Source of the DNA: a virus | IMG/VR virus record: IMGVR_UViG_3300030329_004457 | Location: 1-64,000 of that record | Length of the DNA stretch: 64,000 bases | Direction: 5' to 3' (one strand) | Part shown: positions 38,808-48,872 of the stretch, piece after piece | How positions within the stretch are numbered: the first letter of the stretch is position 1 | Layout of the letters: every line of letters begins with the position of its first letter | Program-made: the position numbers and the translations under genes | Notes under the pieces: model-generated | The model's database searches: none | The model's input: the letters and a program-made list of their open reading frames with translations, nothing else | What the model was told of the DNA's origin: nothing

Positions 38808-39170
38808 TTAAGTAGTTAATACAGACTCATTCTCCAACATAATAATATTATCTGTATCCACTATACAAATGGTATGTTGTTTAAATTTAACGATCAATGC
38901 TTCTGCTAAAGTTCTCATCCATCCACGTATTTGTCTTTGATTATAAGGAAGTTTAGGGTAGTCAATTGCCGCAATTTCCCATCCCCTTTCTTTATAATTA
39001 CTTTCCGATACAAAAGTTGTAGGGGTTATGCGTACAGGTATAGTGTAATCATAACTCTCCTGCATTTCTCCACAAAACATCTCCACTTGATCTTGTGTAA
39101 ACGTTTTGTCTTTAGTAAATGACACAGAACCAAGATATATCTTACATTCGTAATATTTTCTACGTTTCAT
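38808..39170 (-). CDS. Hypothetical protein
   Basis: 120-aa ORF in a run of small co-oriented genes (37908-41247). Confidence 0.6.
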   Translation of the reverse strand: MKRRKYYECKIYLGSVSFTKDKTFTQDQVEMFCGEMQESYDYTIPVRITPTTFVSESNYKERGWEIAAIDYPKLPYNQRQIRGWMRTLAEALIVKFKQHTICIVDTDNIIMLENESVLTT

Positions 39171-40368
39171 TTAATAATACCATAATTCAGCATATAATAT
39201 CATATTAGTCAAATATGTGAGAATACCTAAAAATATACACCACATGAATGCTGTTTGCGCACTATTCATACCCGTGTATAAACGATTGCTCTTAATAGTT
39301 ACTGCTTTATTAGTGGCAGAATCCATGCACCACACATCAAAAATAACATTGTCTTCTTCTAGACTTGCATCTACTGTTAAACCTGTAGTCAATTCGTTGT
39401 CAGTTGTCATGTACTTTTCAATTTCATCCTTGCTAATATGTATTTGTACATTTCTAGTCATCTATGACTCCTTTAATGTTTTTTTCGCATAACTCCTGTC
39501 AGAATTTTTAGGAGGAGTAAATTTTGGTATTGGCAATAGATCCTTATCTTGTAGTGGTGGTGGAGGGTTGCTCTTTAAATCTTCATACATCTTAATTTTC
39601 CATTGAAGATATTGAAGCCTCTGTATAGTTTTAATATCGTCCTCACAACTCTTAATCCTTTGATGCTGTACAGAAATAACTAAAGCAACCACAACCACAA
39701 ACAATGTCTGTAAAGTTCTAATGAACCATTTTTCAATTACCATATACGCCCACCTTTACATCCCAGTATCTAGGCATACAATGTCGTAGGGCGCTGATAA
39801 TAAAATCTGCCGTTTCCTCATCACAACATTCGCAAACAAACTTAGTTCGTTGTTTGGGTACTTCTGCATAAATTTTAAGATTCTGACGATAGTACGTTAC
39901 TACCTTGTTTTTTCCGTAATACATATCGCCTCTAGGAGTTCCTGTCGGATGAAATATATTTTCACACTTTAATACTTTACTAAGATAATTTATAATATTT
40001 TTGCAATCTCCCCCAGAGTTGAGTGAGCTATATATCTTTTTATCATCCATGATAAGATTTAAACTCCCTTTACCAGTTTTTAACTATATTGGCTACAATA
40101 AAAAAACAAGTTATTATATTAATAAGAACTATGACGGTTCTCATAATAGCTACGATATCTGCTTCCTTGTCTAGCTTGCTGGACTTATCTCCTAAACTTT
40201 TAGCCCACAATTTCCAGAACTTTTTAATTTTTATTCTCTCTTACTTTATAGATTGAACTGTTATTTAAAATGGAGTATACCATACCCCAATACTCCGCTT
40301 GTTCCTCTGAGTCAAACACTAGTCTGACCGGATAACCATCACTTTGTTTGTAAGTTAGCAGATACATA

Positions 40369-40788
40369 TTAATAGTTCCAGTTGATGGGCTCTAGATTGT
40401 CTTGCATTTGTTCTGAATAGGTTCTTGCACTATCATCGACAGCATTGTCATGAGGTGTAAGTTCTGTAGCAAACCACTCTTCCATACTCGCCGTTAGTTC
40501 TTCTGCATTTTTTACACATTCGGCATTGTCGCCAAACATACCATGAACTATCTCATGTAAGAACTGATATACATTTTTTAGTGTTTCTTCTTGTTCAATT
40601 TTAAATACCATATTTGCTAACTGACGTTTAAATTTATAGTTAATTGGTGCTTCAACAATCATTACGTTTAAATCGCTAATAACATCTGACACTTTTTTGT
40701 ATTGACCAACGCTATCCTTGCTATTCATTTTCATATTCCTCAAAAGTAGAACTGTCGATTTGAAAAGACCCTGATACATACTCAGCAT
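40369..40788 (-). CDS. Hypothetical protein
   Basis: 139-aa ORF. Confidence 0.55.
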   Translation of the reverse strand: MLSMYQGLFKSTVLLLRNMKMNSKDSVGQYKKVSDVISDLNVMIVEAPINYKFKRQLANMVFKIEQEETLKNVYQFLHEIVHGMFGDNAECVKNAEELTASMEEWFATELTPHDNAVDDSARTYSEQMQDNLEPINWNY

Positions 40789-40905
40789 TAATATTAGATA
40801 GCTTTGTTTCGTTTTCTACCTTTGAAATAGCCTCTTCAAGAGAATTTGCTTCTACATCTACATGACCATACACTTCCCAAGAACAATCTATAGTATATTT
40901 TTTAC

Positions 40906-41247
40906 TCATTCTGTATCTCCTATATACAGATCATCATCATCTTCATCGACCGAATCCCAATACTTATTAATATCTTCATTATAACTGTATTTGTCTTCAA
41001 GAGTATCTAGATCATCGCCATCATTAACAATAGTGAATAACGGTTCCACCTGAACATCCCAACCTCCAGAATTAGGACAATGATTAGCTATATACTTCAT
41101 AAGATGTAAAGTTACTTCTAAATCTTGATCTTCACATGTTTCGTTTTCTGCTACTTTTACCGCTTGCGAAATAACCTCTGAAGGAATTTCAAGCTGGAGT
41201 ACACTTCCCGTACTACGTCTCCGACATACTGAAATCGCTCTAACCAT
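40906..41247 (-). CDS. Hypothetical acidic protein
   Basis: 113-aa ORF directly below the promoter at 41287-41317. Confidence 0.6.
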   Translation of the reverse strand: MVRAISVCRRRSTGSVLQLEIPSEVISQAVKVAENETCEDQDLEVTLHLMKYIANHCPNSGGWDVQVEPLFTIVNDGDDLDTLEDKYSYNEDINKYWDSVDEDDDDLYIGDTE

Positions 41248-41286
41248 TTTTGAGTTTCCTGTGAGAGTAAAGTGGTCGTTTCTTAT

Positions 41287-41317
41287 ATTATACTCATCGG
41301 TCAGAGAATGTCAACCC
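41287..41317 (-). promoter_or_regulatory. Sigma70-type promoter
   Basis: GGGGTTGACA..TATAAT on the minus strand. Confidence 0.75.
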
Positions 41318-41356
41318 CTTGAGCATATTTTTGGTGTATTTAGATTTTGTACGGCT

Positions 41357-41627
41357 TTTTTTGAAAGGAAAATCAATGTCTGATATTATTGCAAAATGTA
41401 TAACTGCCAATCCTATTGATAATGGTGGTATTTTAGTTGCTGCTCCTAAAAAAGACAATCAGTTAGGATCTAATTATCAAATTAATACCTATTCGTCTAA
41501 TTCACCAGCAACGGGTATTATCTTTAGTAAATATGATACAAGATTTACAGGTCTTGCTCCATGTGTAAATTCATGCGGTAAAGAAGAGGTAATAGGTAGC
41601 GGCGTAGCCTGTGTGTTGTGGGTATAA
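41357..41627 (+). CDS. Hypothetical protein on the plus strand (start MSDIIAK)
   Basis: AAGGA SD; fills the gap between minus-strand genes. Confidence 0.55.
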
Positions 41628-41661
41628 AATAAAGCCTGTGCAGGGCAAGCAAAACAATAAT

Positions 41662-42099
41662 TTACTTAATCGAGATATGTCTTGGTTTCTTATCAGGAGG
41701 AAGTATTTCCTCTAACTCGATAACTAGCATACCATCATTAAATTCTGCTGAATTAACTTCAACATGCTCGCCCAAAGTAAACTTTTTAATAAAGTTTCTA
41801 TTGGCTATACCTCTATAAGACCTTCCATCTCCTTCTGGTGCATCCTTTTTACCAGAAACAGAAAGAACCCCGTCTTGCACTACCACTTCTAAATTAGATC
41901 TTTTATAGCCTGCAAGAGCTATTTCTACATAAGTTTTTCCCTCGTTTCTTATTACATTATAAGGGGGAAAACCAGAAGATTGATGAGTTTCGGCTGTAGT
42001 ATTAAGCCGATCAAAGAAATCATCATAACCTATAGAAAAAGGAAAGAATAAGTCTCTAAAATGTTTGGCATTTTTATGCGCTAATGTAATTTCAGTCAT
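41662..42099 (-). CDS. Small heat shock protein (Hsp20/IbpA-like)
   Basis: FPPYNV, EIALAGY, YRGIANRNF, NDGMLVIEL. Confidence 0.93.
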   Translation of the reverse strand: MTEITLAHKNAKHFRDLFFPFSIGYDDFFDRLNTTAETHQSSGFPPYNVIRNEGKTYVEIALAGYKRSNLEVVVQDGVLSVSGKKDAPEGDGRSYRGIANRNFIKKFTLGEHVEVNSAEFNDGMLVIELEEILPPDKKPRHISIK

Positions 42100-42161
42100 A
42101 GAATTTCTCCTTATAAAAGCGAGATAAAATATGTTACCCTATATAGGCGTAACTAAAAATA

Positions 42162-42224
42162 GTACTTTTGTCTCTTCTATCCTCTCACTCAAGAAGTACC
42201 AAAACTTGGTTTTATTGAGGATAG
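42162..42224 (-). ncRNA. Structured RNA unit 11 (solo copy in the hsp20 leader)
   Basis: gtactt-ttg-tctctt-ctatcctc-tcactcaag-aagtac-caaaacttggttttatt-gaggatag matches the array consensus. Confidence 0.75.
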
Positions 42225-42378
42225 TAGTGCCCTGCACAGGCGCACTCTATTATATTATACTCCTTAGTAGGGTATTTTATATATATTTTTTTTACATTTA
42301 GTGCAAAACCTTATACCGTTTCGATCTAGCATGGTAGAATTATGCCTACATAACCATTGTAAGAGCGAAATATAAATA

Positions 42379-42819
42379 TTAACGATCATAGCTATGTATT
42401 TTATTTATTCGTCTCTCATGACGATCACCATCAAAGTCTGTTTGTAGCCAAATATTTACAATTTTATCAATAGCGTCAAATCCTAATAAATCAGCCCCAA
42501 TACATAATACGTTTAAATCGTTATGTTGACGACTTAGTTTTGCGGATAATTCATTCATGCAAGATGCTGCTCGTACAGAAGGAAATTTATTAGCTGTTAT
42601 TGCCATTCCTATGCCTGTGCCACATACTAAAATTCCACGGTCTGCATATCCTTGGCTTATTTCATGTGCTACTATAGCTGCAAAATCTGGATAGTCTACA
42701 CTATTTTCACTAAATGGCCCTGCGTTAGAAACAGAGTGTTCTGAAGACAATTGTAAGAAAATCCTTTCTTTAATTATAAACCCACGATGATCGCTTGCAA
42801 TTATTATTTTCATTATCAA
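42379..42819 (-). CDS. rpiB: Ribose-5-phosphate isomerase B
   Basis: ASDHRG, VDYPDFA, CGTGIGM..ANK, RQHNDLNVL, RHERRI. Confidence 0.96.
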   Translation of the reverse strand: MIMKIIIASDHRGFIIKERIFLQLSSEHSVSNAGPFSENSVDYPDFAAIVAHEISQGYADRGILVCGTGIGMAITANKFPSVRAASCMNELSAKLSRQHNDLNVLCIGADLLGFDAIDKIVNIWLQTDFDGDRHERRINKIHSYDR

Positions 42820-42828
42820 CTCCTAAAG

Positions 42829-43167
42829 TGGAGGCGGGGGGAATTGAACCCCCGTCTTGTCTAGATTCCATATTAGCGTCTACATTATTAGTTTGTTGTA
42901 TTCGCACAGCAAAACAAAGCTATCAGAATTATCTGAGTCAGGTTCATTAGAACCATCAGACTAGATTAATTCAGGTTTGTCGTCCCTATCAGAATTATCT
43001 GAGTCAATACAATTGGGCAATGAGGCTTGTATAACCCCAGCAGCTTATGCTGCCATTGCAAAACTAGGTTCAGCAATTAAAGGATTTAATCGGCTTTTAT
43101 ACTGGACTGCCGACCAACCAGTTAATGCAACTAATACTTCCGCTATCAATCGACTCCAATCGCCCCC
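42829..43167 (-). ncRNA. ssrA: tmRNA; tag peptide AEPSFAMAA* (43074-43045)
   Basis: 5' GGGGGCG pairs with 3' CGCCTCC-A and has G3-U70; T-arm GGGGGTTCAATTCCCC; internal tag ORF ending AA-stop. Confidence 0.93.
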
Positions 43168-43355
43168 TGTGTAGATCTTTGTAGTGAATATCCCTTTAAT
43201 AAAAATACTATTTCTCTGCCATTAATTTTTTCATCAAACTTAAATAGTAAGTCTCCCTGTGGATTAAATACAGTAACTCCTTCATCCCCTCCTCCATTGT
43301 TATAAAAATAACAATCATACACTCTACCATTAATTTCATAAGTTTTCATCATAAC

Positions 43356-44168
43356 TCACTTCAGTCCAATACCATCAAAATATTTAGTTATAAAATTGCG
43401 CATTTCTTCCGTTTCTTTAGAATTACGAAAGCGGTTTAAAAACTCTTCTTGTTTTTTCCATTTAAACTCTGGATAATCTTTACCAGCCATATAAGTATTA
43501 TATGCTCGTTGTAAATTCCACTTCATAAAAGCTCTAAATTGTTTATTATCGTTCCAATATGTGTTATCATATTTTTCTATTGCCATGCAAAGACCAACAG
43601 AATATAGTCCGAGTTCTAAACATCCAGAAACACCATCCGTTCTACCCCCACGATATACTCCTCTCCTTATATCATCTATTCCAACCAATGCCCCATTAAT
43701 ATATGCACACCATTCATCTATAATATAAAGTGGTTGTTTATCCCACTCTCTCGCTCCTGTAATATATGTGTTATATCTATAGCCTCTAACGTTATCGGGT
43801 ATAAAGTTGGCCGCTTGTATTTTTCGTATATTAGGTTCATGCGTAACAAATGCCCATCCTGTAGGTAAATAAAAAGCATTTATAGCGGTTTCTTGACGAT
43901 ATTTATTACGCAACTCAGAATTAATCATATGCGTAGTTTCATGCGCACAGGTCATTCTATTTTTTATATCTAATGTAGGATTGTGTGCATAATTAACTAT
44001 GTCAGCATATATACTACTTTCTTGTATTTTATCTGATACTTTATTAACTTCAATAAAGTCTATTTGATCATCTGCTACATTATTAGTAACAAATGCTACC
44101 ACCAATGCTGTAGAAGCAAAATCAATTAGTATTCCAAACTTACTTGACATACTCATAGTCAGATCCAT
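43356..44168 (-). CDS. Hypothetical protein with HExxH motif (possible metallopeptidase)
   Basis: AHETTH; downstream DEWCAY; N-terminal hydrophobic segment. Confidence 0.55.
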   Translation of the reverse strand: MDLTMSMSSKFGILIDFASTALVVAFVTNNVADDQIDFIEVNKVSDKIQESSIYADIVNYAHNPTLDIKNRMTCAHETTHMINSELRNKYRQETAINAFYLPTGWAFVTHEPNIRKIQAANFIPDNVRGYRYNTYITGAREWDKQPLYIIDEWCAYINGALVGIDDIRRGVYRGGRTDGVSGCLELGLYSVGLCMAIEKYDNTYWNDNKQFRAFMKWNLQRAYNTYMAGKDYPEFKWKKQEEFLNRFRNSKETEEMRNFITKYFDGIGLK

Positions 44169-44643
44169 ATGTTGAACCGTATTTTATTTCTTCTTTTATT
44201 GGGTAAGGCAAGCTATACTCTTTAATGCGTTCTCCATATGTCTTATCGGCATCTGATGCCTTTTCACTTGAGATTGTTTCCAGAGCATTATAAATTTTTT
44301 CCTTATCCTTTTTATCCTCTTTACCCAATAGAGCATCCAGCGCAGTCCCGTAAGGATTACGAAACTTCTTATCGGTTTTTCCAGTTTGAGTTTTCTTTGT
44401 ACTATCATGACATATAGCACATTTTGTTTTTGTTACCAGAGCTTTAAACTCTTCTGGGCTATTTTCCGTAACATAGACCTTTTTAAATGCTGTATAGAAC
44501 TGAGCATATCCAGAGACAGACTTAGTACTGATGGTAAAAACAAGCAGCAGACAACAGGTAATAATTACATTCTTCATTTTATTCTCCATCCTTAATAAAA
44601 AAAGATCCAAAAAACGCCGCAATCGCCAATAAGATAATTTCAA
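44140..44643 (-). CDS. Secreted monoheme c-type cytochrome-like protein
   Basis: Signal peptide after the internal Met (MKNVIIT..); CAICH heme-binding motif; RNPYG. Confidence 0.7.
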   Translation of the reverse strand: MKLSYWRLRRFLDLFLLRMENKMKNVIITCCLLLVFTISTKSVSGYAQFYTAFKKVYVTENSPEEFKALVTKTKCAICHDSTKKTQTGKTDKKFRNPYGTALDALLGKEDKKDKEKIYNALETISSEKASDADKTYGERIKEYSLPYPIKEEIKYGSTYGSDYEYVK

Positions 44644-44837
44644 TCATTTACTCGTCCTCTAGATATAGTTATAAATCAATATACCAAGACCTATAATAAC
44701 TACTAAGTTAATACCGATAATAGCTACTACATCTGTTTTATATTCTTCCATTCAACGATCCTTTGTAGATATTGCGTAGAAAAACCAAGTCCCTAAACCC
44801 CATCCGGCTAAAAATAGAATAATATAAATTAGTATCA

Positions 44838-45245
44838 TTACTGCATGACCTTCGGACTGCCATAATTAATACTTTGTATTGTTGGATGATTAAAATTAAC
44901 ACTAGCCGCACCAATAGGATCAAGAATAAACACAGACCCCACCACCTCTTCCATCTTATGCTTTTGGTCTGTCATATGTAGGTATTGCATAGTTTCAACT
45001 AATGATTGATTAAACATACCTTCATCTTCATTGTACATAATCCACTTGGGCGTGTCAAGCATTCTATAGGCTATGATATCATTAAATGCTTCTTCCGCTA
45101 CTATTCTTGACCTCTCTTGTATTTCCGCCTCTCTCATATTACGCGCACCGACCACAAATAGGGCAGAAATACTAAGTAGTCCGAAGGTAATAATACCTAA
45201 TGAAATCAAAACTTCCAGTAATGTTAGACCTTTTTTATTCATCAT
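44838..45245 (-). CDS. Prepilin-type N-terminal cleavage/methylation protein (PilV-like)
   Basis: KKG|LTLLEVLISLGII class III signal peptide. Confidence 0.8.
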   Translation of the reverse strand: MMNKKGLTLLEVLISLGIITFGLLSISALFVVGARNMREAEIQERSRIVAEEAFNDIIAYRMLDTPKWIMYNEDEGMFNQSLVETMQYLHMTDQKHKMEEVVGSVFILDPIGAASVNFNHPTIQSINYGSPKVMQ

Positions 45246-45344
45246 TAAATTTCTTCCAAATCATATAGTCCACACGGTTCAATACTGCCAACATAGACAG
45301 TAACAATACTACAAAGATCGCCATTTTCATATGTTTCCTCCAAA

Positions 45345-45617
45345 CTATATAAGAGGTTCTTTTTTCTCTGTAATTACTTCACAATTAGGTGCCATCTCCG
45401 CATTGAGTTCAATGAATCCTTCCCATTCTTTTGGAACATCTTCTTCATTAAAAATTGCCTCGACCGGACACTCAGGCACACAGGCTTCACAATCGATGCA
45501 TTCATCTGGATGAATGTAAAGAATCTTTTCACCTTCGTAAAAACACTCAACCGGACAAACAACCACGCAGTCCGTATACTTACAATTATAACAAGGCTCA
45601 CAAACTACATGTGCCAT
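45345..45617 (-). CDS. 7Fe-type ferredoxin (FdxA-like)
   Basis: [37 protein letters not shown]. Confidence 0.95.
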   Translation of the reverse strand: MAHVVCEPCYNCKYTDCVVVCPVECFYEGEKILYIHPDECIDCEACVPECPVEAIFNEEDVPKEWEGFIELNAEMAPNCEVITEKKEPLI

Positions 45618-45643
45618 TTCTTACTCCTTAATCAATATTGCCT

Positions 45644-45973
45644 CTAAGATATTCCAAAACTACTACCACAACCACAACTTTTAACTGCGTTTGGATTATC
45701 AAACTTAAACCCCTGTTTCATTGGATCTTCATACCAATCAAGAGTTGTTCCATCAATATATAGTTCGGCTTTTTTATCTACTAACACACTAAATCCTTCA
45801 TAGTCATATTTGTTATATATTGCCGAATCTTGTTCTTCTTTGGGAAATAGGTCTAACTTATATTCAAAGCCTGAACAGCCACCTCCCGCAATTCCTACCC
45901 TTACGTAATAGTCAGGTTGACCTTCTATGGTCTTTTTAAGTTGGACTTGTGCTACTTCAGTTAGAATTATCAT
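45644..45973 (-). CDS. A-type Fe-S carrier (IscA/HesB)
   Basis: GGGCSGFEY, FDNPNAVKSCGCGSSF. Confidence 0.93.
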   Translation of the reverse strand: MIILTEVAQVQLKKTIEGQPDYYVRVGIAGGGCSGFEYKLDLFPKEEQDSAIYNKYDYEGFSVLVDKKAELYIDGTTLDWYEDPMKQGFKFDNPNAVKSCGCGSSFGIS

Positions 45974-45982
45974 ATTGTTTCC

Positions 45983-46396
45983 TTACTTAAGTTTATAAGT
46001 TTTTACAGACTTTATCTTTTTCACATCATTAAATTCTATTATATAAACTATACTCTTTGTAATAGATGTTCCCTTTCCTCTTATAATTGAATCGAATACG
46101 TCTGCCACATCAAATATATAGCGATGACTTAACACCGTCTCAAGACAGACATACTTATCCTTATATGTAATATTTAATATATCTATTTTTGTATATTCTA
46201 CTAATTCTAAGTGTATCCTATTTGCTTCTATTGCTTTTTCTTTACCTTGAGCATGAACGTTCCAGTTGTAGAAGTTAATATTTGGAGAAAATATATCGGC
46301 CATTGTTTCTAGGTCTTTATTAGCAATGGCTTCCAAGTATTGTGTTGCAGTCTCTATATATACTAGAGAAAGACTAGTATTATCGCTCTCTTTCAT
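45983..46396 (-). CDS. SnoaL/NTF2-like protein
   Basis: YLEAIANKDL..FSPNI..W; IIEFNDVKKIKSV. Confidence 0.7.
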   Translation of the reverse strand: MKESDNTSLSLVYIETATQYLEAIANKDLETMADIFSPNINFYNWNVHAQGKEKAIEANRIHLELVEYTKIDILNITYKDKYVCLETVLSHRYIFDVADVFDSIIRGKGTSITKSIVYIIEFNDVKKIKSVKTYKLK

Positions 46397-46582
46397 AAGG
46401 TTTATATTTTTGTTAAATTAAGTCACTGCGCTAAGGTTTGAAATTTATTACTATTTCTTATTTCTTCATTCTTAGGTAGTTCTGGACACTTAAACAGTTC
46501 AAAAACTCCCAAAATTGTAAATATTATCAATATAATGATACCATATATATTTATCTTGTCAGCTTTAGTCGATGATAGTTTA

Positions 46583-46921
46583 TTATGCACTAAAGCTACT
46601 TCCACATCCACACGTCTTATTCGCGTTAGGATTATTAAATACAAATCCTTTTTGATAAATATTATCATAATAGTCAATAATAGTACCGTCTATATATAGA
46701 TCTGACTTACGATCTACAATGACAGTAATTCCATCTTGTTCATATTTGGTATCTGTCTGACTATCATATCCTGTAGATTCAATAAATCCCAGCTTATATT
46801 GAAAGCCTGAACATCCTCCACCTTCTATAGATACTCTTAAATAGCTTTTATCATCACATTCCTCAGTTTCGTTAATAATCCGCTGAAGTTCTGAGACTGC
46901 TTCCTTACTTAACGTGATCAT
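46583..46921 (-). CDS. A-type Fe-S carrier (IscA/HesB), second copy
   Basis: GGGCSGFQY, FNNPNANKTCGCGSSF. Confidence 0.93.
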   Translation of the reverse strand: MITLSKEAVSELQRIINETEECDDKSYLRVSIEGGGCSGFQYKLGFIESTGYDSQTDTKYEQDGITVIVDRKSDLYIDGTIIDYYDNIYQKGFVFNNPNANKTCGCGSSFSA

Positions 46922-47286
46922 ATCTTAACCTCTTCTTTCATTCTATATAATCGAATTAGTTTAATTTTTCCCCAGTCATCGAATTCTAAAATGAATACTA
47001 TCGGTGATGTTCGGGTTTGTTTCTTTTCTACATTAGTTGTTGTGTAAGACAATTCACATTCCATACATACATATTTATTACGATATGCTGTATTTATGAT
47101 TTGAATCTTAATATCTTTTACAAAATCAAAAAAGTTTTGTAAAGCCACCATTGTGTTATGTTTTCCAGCAACATCACACGACCAACTTGTTAGTTTTACT
47201 TTATCCTGTAATAACGGCTGAATAGTCCCAATGTCTTGAGATGCTATTGTGGTTAGGAATTTTTTTGCTGCATCTACCCATCTCAT
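46918..47286 (-). CDS. SnoaL/NTF2-like protein, second copy
   Basis: Paralog of 45983-46396 (shared KYVC.E and I.EF...KIK). Confidence 0.7.
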   Translation of the reverse strand: MRWVDAAKKFLTTIASQDIGTIQPLLQDKVKLTSWSCDVAGKHNTMVALQNFFDFVKDIKIQIINTAYRNKYVCMECELSYTTTNVEKKQTRTSPIVFILEFDDWGKIKLIRLYRMKEEVKI

Positions 47287-47949
47287 AATAACTACACCTG
47301 TACGGTTTATGTATATTTATTTAATTCTATTTAATTAGGTTTTATTTTATTAATATATCCCCATACTCCCCTTATCAAATATATAAGATAATACATTGTT
47401 AACATACATATAAGAGTAAAGAGAATACATAATAATAGTACACTATTGTATAATACACCTTCATACCAGTAAGAATAATAAGGATACTTTGTATTACTGT
47501 ATATAGGAAAACGCATATTTGAACCACGTTCCCGTCAAATAAGTGATTTTTGTTTTATTTTATTGAATTTTGGGTTCATTTCCCACATATATTGGTCAAT
47601 TTTGGTACTGGTTGGGAGACTATCCCCATATATCATTATACTTACTGGAGGATTGAAGTCAAGTCCTAAAATAAAAAAGATAAAACATGCCGCAAAGTTG
47701 TTGAAACTTAAACTATTTTGACTTTTTTGAAATTTTTTGGCCTGAAAACCGTTTCGCCGTTTGTATACTTAAGTACACGGGTATTATTAATGATCTGTAG
47801 GTACTAATATGAAGTTATTTGAGACTTTTATGTATGCTATTTTGTTCTATGTTTGTATAGGTAGTTTTCTTTGGAACTTTAGCTCATTCACTTTTCAACA
47901 AAAAGTAATAATGTTTACATTAATTGCTGGATTTCAGTGTATTGTGGGC

Positions 47950-47977
47950 TTGACAAGAGGAGATTCTGAGGTATAAT
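47950..47977 (+). promoter_or_regulatory. Sigma70-type promoter, plus strand
   Basis: TTGACA-N16-TATAAT; divergent from a minus-strand promoter at 47635-47663. Confidence 0.7.
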
Positions 47978-48695
47978 ATATAAGGAAGTTCTTAAGTTTG
48001 GGGGATGGTAATTAAAATGTATAACTATTTATATTTTATATTACTTTTCCGTACATTTTGTTACCACTCCCCTTTTTACAAAAATAACCTTTAATCAATA
48101 TAGATATGTTCCGCTTCATACTCTAGATTAAAGTGAATGCAAAAGCGGATGGTTTCTTGATTACCATATAAGATAAGTTTACTATTTTATTATTCTTAAA
48201 ATTAAGTATTGTCAAAAATAGTTTATTTTGTACATAACTTTCCTGTTGAGTTGTATACTCTATACTGATTTAGTATGAGATACGGGCAAAGCTCTAGGTT
48301 TTACAAATGCCCTGTAAAATCTTTGGAAAGTTTTAAAAGTTGCCGCAGACTATTTATAGTTTAGCGGGGAGGTTGGTGGGAATTTTTTACAATTACATAG
48401 GTTTCTTAAGTACCTTAAAAGTTATGTTTATACCACTTCATACACTTCAAACTTAAGTTAGTCCAAAAGTGGTTTTTAAAGAAACAAAGCAGTTTAGCGG
48501 GGCAACCGGTGGGTTTCAAAAAACTCGCGTGCTACGCTCATTCGCGCGACACTTAGCTATAAGGGACAAGACAATGGTCCGATATATTAGAATTATTTTA
48601 GCCACCCCGCTATATTTAACTGCTAGTTTATTTCTCTTATTATCTCTGAAAGTTTTCCCACCAGATGTAAGAGAAGAAGCAAAGAATAGTTTTAT

Positions 48696-48872
48696 CTAGT
48701 TGGTAGCGCGAATAGAATCACCAAAAATCCAACTAGCTAATACAATGGTGATATTTTGAGATTGCTCTGCTGAGAGACCAAGTCCCAATACATCAAAACC
48801 TACAAAAGCTACACCACCCACAGCAACCCAAAATCTTCGGGATGTCACTAACGTCTGAATCTTGTTGGCCAT
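48696..48872 (-). CDS. 58-aa two-TM membrane protein (holin-like)
   Basis: Own translation MANKIQTLVTSRRFWVAVGGVAFVGFDVLGLGLSAEQSQNITIVLASWIFGDSIRATN; GGAGA SD; below the ORF-track cutoff. Confidence 0.6.
   Translation of the reverse strand: MANKIQTLVTSRRFWVAVGGVAFVGFDVLGLGLSAEQSQNITIVLASWIFGDSIRATN

Noticed and set aside
42977-43174. 65-aa plus-strand ORF
   Set aside because: Antisense shadow of the tmRNA.
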